A stretch of DNA of 60,037 bases, the filler included, from Hausera hauseri (taxonomy: Eukaryota): NCBI GenBank assembly GCA_046269625.1. It is 10 parts of 10 records of this genome, joined end to end, with 100 filler letters (N's around TTAATTAATTAA, not from the genome) between each part and the next. Parts side by side here need not be neighbours in the genome. Positions count along the whole stretch, not along the records: positions 50,057 to 54,130 come from JBJURY010779204.1; positions 54,231 to 60,037 come from JBJURY010185750.1; 8 more parts are not named here. One strand, 5' to 3'. Shown one piece after another: positions 50,057-60,037 of this stretch. The position numbers were made by a program, and so were the translations under genes. The notes under the pieces are model-generated. The model worked only from the letters and a program-made list of their open reading frames with translations, was not told the origin of the DNA and made no database searches. Positions within the stretch are counted from its first letter, which is position 1. The number at the start of each line of letters is the position of its first letter.

Positions 50057-53000
50057 TGATTCAACTCATATCGGTGAAAACAAATATGCATGTGTCCGGA
50101 ACTGGGTCAATCGAAATATTTTTTCGACTCAACTCATTGCGGTAAGTTCAAACTTGCAACTGTCCGGAAGTGGGTCAGTCCGAAATTTTTTTTCGACGCA
50201 ATTCATAGCGGTGAGAACTAATATGCATGTGTTCGCAACTGGGTCGGTTTAAATTTCTTTTCAACTCAACTAATTGCGGAGAGTCGGAATATGCATGTCT
50301 CCGGACTGGGTCACTCCAAAATTTTTTTGATTAAACTCATTGAGGACAGTGCGAGGGTGCATGTGTCCGGAACTGGGTAAGTCCAAAATTTTTTTTCGAC
50401 TCAACTTATTGCAGTAAGTTCAAATTTGCAACTGTCCGGAACTGGGTCAGTCGAAATTTTTTTCAAATCAATTTATTGCTGTTAGTCAAAATATGCAAGT
50501 GTTCGGAACTGGGTCAGTCCAAAATTTTTTTTGACTCAAATCATTGCGGTGAGTTTAAATTTGCAACTCTCCGGAATGGGTGAGTCCAAAATTTCTTTCG
50601 ACTGAATCCATTGCGGTGAGTCCAAATATGCATGTGTCTGGAACTGGGTCAGTCCAAATTTTTCTCGACTCAACTCACTGCGGACACTCCTAATATGCAG
50701 GTGTCCTGAAGTGAGTCAGTGGAAATATTTTTTCGACTCAACTTCTTGCGGTGAGTTCAAATTTGCCACTGCCCTGAACTGGGTCAGTCCAAATTTTTTT
50801 TCGAATTAATTCATTGCTGTGAGTCCAAATATGCAGGTATCCGGAACTGGGTCCGTTCGAATATTTTTTCGACTCAATTCATTGAGGTTAGAACAAATAT
50901 GCATGTCTGTAACTGGGTCAGTTCGAAATTTTTCTCGACTCAACTCATTGCTGTGAGTCGGATTGTGCATGTGTCCGGAACTGGGTCATTAATAAATTTT
51001 TTGATTCAACCCATTGTGGTGAATCGGATTAGGCTGGTGTTCGGAACTGGGTCGGTTTAAATTTCTTTTCAACTCAACTGATTGCGGAGAGTCGGAATAT
51101 GCACGTCTACGGAACTGGATCATTCCAAACATTTTTTTCGACTCAACTCACTGTGGTGAGTTCAAATTTGCAACTTTCCGGACTGGGTCAGTCCAAATTT
51201 TTTTTTCGACTGAACCCATTTTGGTGAGTCCAAATATGCAGGTGCCCGGAACTGGGTCAGTCCGAAATTTGTTTCGATTCAACTCTTTGCGGTGAGTTCA
51301 AATTTGCCACTGTCCTGAACTGGGTCCGTCCGAATATTTTCTCGACTCAATTCATTGCGGCTAGAGCAAATGTGCATGTCTGTAACTGGGTCAGTTCGAA
51401 AATTTTCTCGACTCAACTCATTGCTGTGAGTCGGATTGTGCATGTGTCCGGAACTGGGTTATTAATAAATTTTTTTGATTCAACCGATTGCGGTGAATCG
51501 AATTATGCTGGTGTTCGGAACTGGGTCGGTTTAAATTTCCTTTCAACTCAACTGATTGCGGAAAGTCGGAATATGCATGTCTCCAGAACTGGGTCAGTCC
51601 AAATTTTTTTTCAACTCAACTCATTTCGGTAAGAACAAATATGCATGTGTCCGGAACTGAGTCAGTCCGAAATTTTTCTCGACTCAACTCATTGCGGAGA
51701 GTCCGACTGTGCATATGTGCGGAGCTGGCTCAGTTTGAAATGTTTTTCCATTAAACTCATTGCAGTGAGAACAATTATGGATGTGTCCGGAACTGGGTCA
51801 CTCCGAAATTTTTCTCCACTCGACTCATTGCGGAGAGTCCGAATGTGCATGGATTCGGAACTGGGTCAGTCTAAAACTCTTTTCGACTCAACACATTGCG
51901 GTAACAAAAATATGCATGTGTCCGGAACTGGGTCAGTCCGAAATTTTTTTCGACTCAACTCATAGCTGTAACTTCAAATTTGCAACTGTGCGGAACTGGG
52001 TCAGCCCAAAATTTTTTTCGACTTAACTCATAGCGGTGAAAACAAATATGCATGTGTGCGGAACTGGGTCAGTCCTAAATTTTTCTCAACTCAACTCATA
52101 GCGGTGAGTCCGTATGTGCATATGTCTGGATCTGTGTCAGTTCAAATTTTTATTGATTCAACTCATATCGGTGAAAACAAATATGCATGTGTCCGGAACT
52201 GGGTCAATCGAAATATTTTTTCGACTCAACCCATTGCGGTGAGTCCAAATATGCAGGCGCCCGGAACTGGGTCAATCCAAATATTTATTGGACTCAATTC
52301 ATTGCGGTAAGTTCAAACTTGCAACTGTCCGGAATTGGGTCAGTCCGAAATTTTTTTTCGACGCAATTCATAGCGGTGAGAACAAATATTCAGGTGTTCG
52401 GAACTGGGTCAGTCCAAATTTCTTTTGATTCAACTTATTGCGGTGAGTCGGAATGTGCATGTGTCCGGAACTGGGTCAATCGAAATATTTTTTCGACTCA
52501 ACCCATTGCGGTGAGTCCAAATATGCAGGTGTCCGGAACTGGGCCACTCCAAATATTTTTTCGACTCAACCCATTGCAGTGAGTGCAAATATTCAGGTGT
52601 CCGGAAGTGGGCCAGTCCAAATATTTTTTCGCCTCAACTCATTGCGGTAATTTCAAATTTGCAACTTTCCGGACTGGGTCAGTCCAAAATTTTTTTCGAC
52701 TCAACTCATAGAAATGATAACAAATATGGATGTGTCCGGAACTGGGTCAACCCAAAATTCTTTTTCGATTCAACTCGTAGCAGTGAGAACAAATATGCAT
52801 GTGTCCAAAACTGGGCCAGTTCAAATTTTTTTGATTCAACTCATTGCGGTGATTTGGAATATGCATGTGTCCGGAACTGGGTCGGTTTAAATTTCTTTTT
52901 AATTCAAATGATCGCGGTGAGTCGGAATATGCATGAGTCCGTAACTGGGTGAGTCCAAAATTTTTTTGATTTAACTCATTGCGGTGAGTTTAAATTTGCA

Positions 53001-54130
53001 ACTGTGCGGAACTGGGTCAGTCCAAATTTTTTTTCGTGTCAATTCATTGCTGTGAGTCCACATATGCACGTGTCCGGAACTGGGTCAGTCCAAATTTTTT
53101 TCGAATCAATTTATTGCTTTTAGTTAAAATATACAGGTGTTCGGAACTGGGTCAGTCCAAAAATTTTTTTCGACTCAACTCATTTCGGTAAGAACAAATA
53201 TGCATGTGTCCGGAACTGAGTCAATCCGAAATTTTTCTCGACTCAACTTATTGCGGAGAGGTCGACTGTGCATATGCGCAGAGCTGGCTCAGTTTGAAAA
53301 TTATTTCGACTCAACTCATTTCGGTAAGAACAAATATGCTTGTGTCCGGAACTGGGTCTGTCCGAAATTTTTCTCCACTCAACTCATTGCGGAGAGTCCG
53401 AGTGTGCATGTGTCCGGAGCTTGCTCAGTTCAAAATTTTTTTCCATTGAACTCATTGCGGTGAGAACAATTATGGATGTGTCCGGAACTGGGTCAGTCCG
53501 AAAATTTTCTCGACTCAACTCATTGCGGAGAGTCGGAATGTGCATGTATCCGGAACTGGTCAGTCCAAAATTTTTTTTCGACTCAACTCAAGGCGGTGAG
53601 TTCAAATTTGCAACTGTCCGGAACTGGGTCACTCGAAATGTTTTTTCGTATCAATTCAGTGCCGTGAGTCCAAATATGCAGGTATCTGGAACTGGGTGCG
53701 TCCAAATATTTTTTCGACTCAATTCATTGTGCTGAGAACAAATATGCATATGTCCGAAACTGGGTCAATCCAAAATTTTTTTCGACTCAACCCATTGCGG
53801 TGGGTACAAATATGTATGTGTCCGGAACTGCGTAAGTCCGAAATTTTTCTCGACTAAACTCATTGCGGACAGTCCGAATATGCATGTGTCCGTAAGTGGG
53901 TCAGTCGAAATATTTTTTCGACTCAATTCATTGCGGTGAGAACAAATATGCATATGTCCGGAACTGTGTCAGTCTTAAATTTTTCTCAACTCAACTCATA
54001 GCGGTGAGTCCGTATGTGCATATGTCTGGATCTTTGTCAGTTCAAATTTTTATTGATTCAACTCATATCGGTGAAAACAAATATGCATGTGTCCGGAACT
54101 GGGTCAATCGAAATATTTTTTCGACTCAAC
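50057..54130. repeat. Satellite DNA, ~68-bp monomer, ~60 diverged copies, with higher-order structure
   Basis: Consensus ~CCGGAACTGGGTCAGTCCRAAATTTTTTTCGACTCAACTCATTGCGGTGAGTCCAAATATGCATGTGT; the same 77-mer recurs at 50057, 52154 and 54054. Confidence 0.97.
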
Positions 54131-54230
54131 NNNNNNNNNNNNNNNNNNNNNNNNNNNNNNNNNNNNNNNNNNNNTTAATTAATTAANNNNNNNNNNNNNN
54201 NNNNNNNNNNNNNNNNNNNNNNNNNNNNNN

Positions 54231-54316
54231 ACGCATATGTTAAATTCCAATGACGAGTCAGGCTCGTCATCTGTAACTTTGGTTATTCAATAAGATGACG
54301 AGTCTCATTCGTCAAA
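54231..54316. repeat. Partial second copy of the piggyBac-derived MITE end (matches 58784-58869)
   Basis: 77-nt identity; TGACGAG..CTCGTCA hairpins. Confidence 0.9.
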
Positions 54317-54599
54317 ATGGTTGCCATTGATTCGTATTTAGTCCTTTCATTGGTTTTAATAACGACCATAACCCAGTACTTTGAATATCCTAGGTTTAAT
54401 ATCTTATCGAGCAGTGTATTAGTAAACAGCTTGTGCCAACCATAAATCACGGTTGGGTGTTAGTCATCTATAGCCAACAATTTAGTTGTCCATTTATTGA
54501 GATTAATGAAGATATTGGTATTCGTCAGGTCTATGACAAAAATTCAATCATTAGTTTCTTATGTGTAAAACATTGATTTATTCTTTTATCCTGTTTATT

Positions 54600-54885
54600 G
54601 AATAAACTTATCATTTGACAAAATCTTCTATTTCCACATTCTGTGTGGTTATAATTAGTGAAATCCTCTGGAGATAAACATTGAAAGTTGAATGTGCCAT
54701 ATTTTTTAAATATTATTTGTGCGATGGGTTCTCCAACAAAAATCAGACATGGAGTAGGTGAATAATAAATTAATAGACCTTTAATGTATCCACGATAATC
54801 TGATTTTATCACTCCTGTGCCTACATGGACATTATGTTTATTTGCTAAACTACTTTTGGATCATATATGTCCACATTATCCGTTC
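54600..54885 (-). pseudogene. DUT: dUTPase pseudogene (trimeric type)
   Basis: Motifs II-V recognisable but mutated: KSSLA, GTGVIKSDYRG, GEPIAQII, TECGNRRF. Confidence 0.85.
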
Positions 54886-55112
54886 ATCTATATATAATGG
54901 TATAGGAGAATAAGAGAAATATGTAGACAAATTGTACAATTTAATTTTGTTATTTAGAATCTATAAAAGTAGACGTTTGCATAGACAAACTTATATAATT
55001 TATTATCACTTCGACCTAATAAGGTGTTTCCATAAGACTGAGTCATTAACTTCATTCTTTCTGTAAGTGATCCCAATTTTTACATTTTATAGTGGACCAA
55101 CAATTTTGCAAT

Positions 55113-55896
55113 ATGAAGAACATTTATCCGGCATGGTGTCTTTTATTGGATGGGGTATGGTATATTTTAAAGTTTTTAGAAGGAAAAATCATTATGATGC
55201 TGTGACTGTAATAGGTTGAGAAATAACCCAACATTTTTTCACTAATTATGTGGTATACCTTGAATATTTTATGTGGATTTAGAATGCCAACGTAACAGTC
55301 GATACATTGCCGAAGGATGTACCAAAAATTCCACCAAAGCATACCTCCTACACATATTCAATCAAAATGTCAATGGAAAATGCATACCCATTACAAAACG
55401 AGTCAAACAATTATCATGTGAGATCCATGAAAATTCATGTGAAATTAAACTGAAATTAATTCAGGTCAATGCTACAAGAACAGATCAACAAACATTCAAG
55501 TGACTGTTGGACAACAATGTGAGAAAGGATTTAAAACTCGAGTTCTTACATACATGGAACAAAGAAATGGCAAATGTACATCAATAACATACAGATTGAG
55601 ACGAATTCGATGTGTGAGATTGTGTGCTCGACGACCAAAAATCGTTGCATCGCCATGTGAAAATGGTAAACGACAATTGCGGATCTCGAGAGAAGTCCGT
55701 GAAAATGGAAAATGTGTATGGAAATTGAGACAAACTCGAACTGTGAGTTGTACAGAAGAATGTCCGAAACCAAGAGAGAAATTCAGTCCTTGTTTGAGAG
55801 GAAAACGAGCATTGTTGAGAATCACATTCAAGAAAGAGGGTGGAAAATGCAAATCACTTGTTGCGAAATTGAAATTGATGGCTTGTGGAGGAATTA
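55113..55896 (+). CDS. Basic cysteine-rich repeat protein (four ~46-aa 4-Cys repeats), spliced
   Basis: A 47-nt GT-AG intron (55418-55464) joins ORFs 55273 and 55500 in frame; repeats C..C..(N/G)GKC..C; probable short hydrophobic first exon from ATG 55113; GTAAGT donor near 55897. Confidence 0.7.
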
Positions 55897-56211
55897 GTAA
55901 GTTAAATGACTTATTTTTCGAAAGCCAATATTCATTTTGTTGTGGAATGTGTTGCTGTTTGATGTTATTTATTCCTATTATAAAACAGAAGTTATTTAGA
56001 TTCTTCTGTAATAACATCGTTGAAATTTATACGAAGTATTTATTCATTTTATTTTACTGTCAATCATATTTAGAAACATTTTGATACAGTCGTAGTGTTT
56101 TTCGATCATGTTCATAGTGTGTGGCAATTGAGTTTGTACATTTTTGTTTTGTATATCGTTTGAATTTGACGTTTGCGTGCAAGTAGAAGTTTGTGTGTCA
56201 TCTATATAGTA

Positions 56212-57480
56212 CTGTGGACAAAAAATAATGAGACTGATTAAATAAAACACAGGAAATATTTTATTCATATAAATTTATTGTGTTTCCTTCAAAGTAATCC
56301 CCTCCCACTTGAATACACTTATTCCAATGTTTTTGCCAGTTATTATACGCAGCTTCGGGTATAGTGTGCAAAGGGGTCAACAAAATCTCTTGGATGGCTT
56401 CATTGACTCAAATCAATGTCCACGAAGTGATCATTTCAAACGTGGAGAAAGGAAAAGTCACAAGGAGCCATATCTGGCGAATATGGCACTTACGGTACGG
56501 CATACACTTGATTTTTTATGAGATACTGACGAATAATTAAGGCGGTATGCGATGGCGCATTATCGTGATGCAGAAACCGTGAATTGTTTCGCCATAATTT
56601 TGGTCGTTATTTGCGTAAAGGGCTAAATAATATTCTTTGTTGACTGAAAGGCCAGTTGGAAGGAACTCTTTGTGGACAACGACACGGTAGTCGAAGAAAA
56701 CAGTCAATATGACCTTGATTTTTGACTTGCTTCGACGTGATTTTTAAGTTTTGGTTCACCTGCAGCACGATATTCACTGGATTGTTGAGCTGTTTCCAAG
56801 TCATAAGCATAGATCCAAGTCTCATCGCCAGTAATTATGCATTTCAGATCATCATCAGTCATAGAAAACATCCATTCGGCCACTTGAACATGACGTTGTT
56901 TTTCAAACACATTCAAAGCTCTTGGAACAAGATGAGAAGACACACGAGACAATCCCAAATCGTCCTTTACAATTGTTTGTATTGATCCTTTTGATATACC
57001 AACACTGTCTACGATGTCTATTTGAGTCAATCGACGATTGAAAAGTACAAGCTCCTTGATTTTGTTGATGTTTTCATCAATAGTTGATGTTGATGGCCTT
57101 CCTGAACGAGACTCATCTTTGACTGCTTCACGACTCTCAACAAATGATTTGTACCACTTAAAAACTTGTGATTTTGATAAACATTCATAGACGTAAAACT
57201 TTTGTAACATTTTAAATGCATCAGAACAAGAAATTTCATTTTTTAGACAAAATTTGACACAAATTCTTTGTTCCACATAATTATCCATATTAAAAAATCG
57301 TCGAGAACAATTTTATTCAAACACAAAAGACTCTGTAATTTCTAACCTAACAAAGCAAATGCCATGAAATTTCTGTCTGCTGTTCACAACAGTCATACCG
57401 CCCTACGAAATAAATATACGCATAGATATTCAACGCGCGTACCTTTTTATAAATACAGTCTCATTACATTTTGTCGACAG
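56212..57480 (-). mobile_element. mariner (DD34D) transposon, full length (~1.27 kb), transposase disrupted
   Basis: TIRs CTGTGGACAAAAAATAATGAGACTG / CAGTCTCATTACATTTTGTCGACAG with TA flanks; EQRICVKF, RSGRP, VPRAL, ITGDETW, HHDNAPSH, PYSPDMAPCDF. Confidence 0.95.
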
Positions 57481-57489
57481 TAGTATATC

Positions 57490-59340
57490 TTCTACAATAT
57501 CCGTCGATTATTTAATTAATGTCTTTAGTTGTCATTTATTCGTTGTAAATTTTGCTTAATTATTAGTAGATTTCTGCATATTCTCTTTGCGAACTATATA
57601 TTTGTTTTCTAGTAACATCTATTTACTTTTCGACGTGTTCTGTTCTTTCTTTTAGTCCGTCCAATTTTCTGTATTATCTATAGTATTTACTTCCACTAAA
57701 TTATCTCTTTGGTGGTAAATTTCCTGTATCTCTATATTCAATTGTTCGATACTATCATCTGTGCGGTTTTGCCTTATTCTTAATTCATTCACGTTTATTA
57801 GTTGAACTTTGCCTCTGGCATGAGATTGCAGCTCTTGGTTAACAATTCTTTGCGTAAGTTGTCCGGGGCTAATGTTTCGATATTGATCATTTTGTGCTCG
57901 GCGACGACCGGTATTTTTTCGTTAGTAATTTTGTTGGGTTAAGGCGGGAAAAGGTGAATATGGTTAGGGTTTGGTTGTTTGTTATTACCGATATTGTTCA
58001 ATCCTTCTGGGGAAGATGGTGTACTTAACGCATCTGAAATAACAACAGAGCTGGTACTACTATCGGCACTATTTTTATTTAAGTTTACTTCATTTATTGC
58101 TGTTATTCTTTTTTATGCTAATCGTTCTCGAAATAGAGTTTTGTAGGGGTGTTCTTGCATCATAGTTGTTAAAAGAAACTAAGTTGGTATCCATTTTATT
58201 GCGCACATATTGTACATGATTCTTCTATTAGCAGGTCACAGATAGTACACTTCGGTAATGTAAGGCGTCCAATAAGACATATGAATATTTCTACAGGGTA
58301 TATAAGTGATGTTCGGTTGGTTCTTCTTACAAAATATGCATTTCCAGATTATCTGACTGATTTATGTACACGTTTCTTCTAATTCTCCATCTTTCTGTTT
58401 CAGTGCTGCTATTAGTTGTTGGATATTTCGATAGTATTCGTTATCTATTAACCCCTTGAGTCCCGATTTATTTGAAATTTTTTAACACATTGAACGTATT
58501 TAATTTGACTGTAATATCATGTTGAATACATTTCACTATCATATTCGTCTCCCAAATCACTGTAATCACTAATAAATTCTACATCCGATTGCTCAAGATC
58601 ATTCTCCTTATCACTATCATCTACTGTATGTTTTATTTCTGACATTTTAGGGTTTAATATACACGAAATAAAAATGAAAATGTCTGCGTGTTGAAACAAA
58701 TTTATCTTCGCGCGTCAATTGTTACGCGGCCACCTATCGTGTGAGGGAATTGGCTCAACGCACATTACTGCAAAAAAAACACCACGCATATGTTAAATTC
58801 CAATGACGAGTCAGGCTCGTCATCTGTAACTTTGGTTATTCAATAAGATGACGAGTCTCACTCGTCAAATGTACCCAAAGGGTTAATTCGTTACTCATTC
58901 TTGTGTAACGTATAACTATCCATCAATGACTTATCGGCACCTTCTAAAAATTTAAACTGGATAGCAGATATTTATAATAACCAATACTTCTAAAAGAAGA
59001 ATAATCATTGATTCGTTACTCATTCTTGTGTAACATATGGGCTGATAACAACGCTTCCTTAGCATCTCCACATGACTGTCGATCTGGTTTGTACTTCAGA
59101 TTTGACCTTTTCCATTGTTGGATAACCGATGCTTTCATTTAATTAATTCCATAAGGTTTCGCCTCATAAATGAAATCTTTTTACGGGAGCTTCCAGTTTT
59201 ATTCAATTGATTTGGCTTCCAGGTAACACCTAAATTACCTCAGTTCTATAATTTCATCTTTTCTTGTGTTGACATGAATCTTGTACATGAACTTTTCGAA
59301 GCATTGTCTTCAACAAATTAAAATTCAGTTTATAAATAGG
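57490..59340 (-). pseudogene. Decayed coiled-coil ORF(s) with an IAP-type RING-finger remnant
   Basis: LIAALKQKDGELEE...WKCIFCKKNQPNITYIPC...*PANRRI (58346-58220); flanking heptad-like frames; split by the MITE. Confidence 0.4.
58452..58882 (-). mobile_element. piggyBac-derived non-autonomous element (431 bp)
   Basis: TTAA TSD at 58448-58451 and 58883-58886; CCC...GGG ends; subterminal hairpins; acidic transposase N-terminal remnant (58517-58699). Confidence 0.85.
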
Positions 59341-60037
59341 ATTCATTATCTTTTCAAGTAGATCTTTCAATTTCTAGGTCTAATATATATTTATAAAAAA
59401 TTTTACATTTCATAACAACAAAACATGGCTAATTGACTTCAACAAAGTATACGTATATATTTACCATTTTCCGTACTGTTTAACTCTAATTGCCCATTGT
59501 TCGAATTTACATCATTCACGATCAATCGTTCAGCATTTGCATTGGCACGGTTCATGTTTGAGAATTACTGTGGAGATAATATCGTAATTTTTCTATTCAT
59601 AGTGAATTCAACTTTATTATAATAGGTACACTTACCCTTTAGTTGAATTCACCCTTAAACCTTCGGTAAGGTATGATCACAATCGTAATATCAGTGAGGA
59701 AAAATGTTCAATATGTGAGAGTTGTTTTTGCTGTTCCTTGCTTCACTTATATATTGACCGTCACACCTCGACTTCATTTCAAAATTTAATTTTAGAATAT
59801 GTACTTTGCGCTATTGTTAAGCCGGCATTCTATTTCAGAATTCTATTTTAGAATTTGTACTTTGGTATTTCAAAGGTATACGCTATTCACTGTGATGTAC
59901 CTGTCAACTTCATCAATTTTTTAAAGAATTTTTATAATTCATCTACATTCTTTACTATCATTCAAGTGTATCTACAACTTTGTATTTTTAATGTTACCCA
60001 TCTAACTTTGTCTCAAACTTTAAAGCTCTACTCTACT

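Noticed and set aside
50057-54130. Many repetitive ORFs (MCPELGQS..., VRNWV...) and a CRISPR-like regularity
   Set aside because: Head-to-tail 68-bp satellite; the period is not a multiple of 3, there are no unique spacers and no cas genes

Overview
This is not one locus. It is ten short-read contigs joined by nine artificial 100-nt linkers (N44-TTAATTAATTAA-N44), so adjacency across a linker means nothing. Exact 77-nt overlaps at contig ends point to a k=77 de Bruijn assembly. Contig 1 (1-11054) looks like non-coding teleost fish DNA. The other nine look like an AT-rich invertebrate animal with short introns, possibly a fish parasite. They are dominated by decayed mobile elements: piggyBac, hAT/Buster, mariner, four Ty3/Gypsy retroelements, a Polinton/Maverick capsid module and a 68-bp satellite. 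They also carry host-type genes: a SARM1 pseudogene, an ankyrin-DHHC palmitoyltransferase, a RapGEF fragment, a dUTPase pseudogene and a Cys-rich repeat protein. Four observations stand out. (1) An LTR element ordered LTR-PBS-gag-unknown ORF-chuvirus/gB-type fusion glycoprotein, then a possible protease start, so env lies before pol or pol is absent. (2) A Gypsy whose integrase frame runs on into an FN3/mucin type-I membrane protein, followed by another unknown ORF; its internal signal peptide resembles that of element (1), raising the possibility of a complex two-glycoprotein enveloped retroelement lineage. (3) A 5,800-bp circular or tandem unit whose only recognisable gene is the DHHC palmitoyltransferase. 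(4) An intronless SARM1 copy cut by a Gypsy element just before the TIR catalytic glutamate. All family assignments come from motif recognition by eye; no searches were run.
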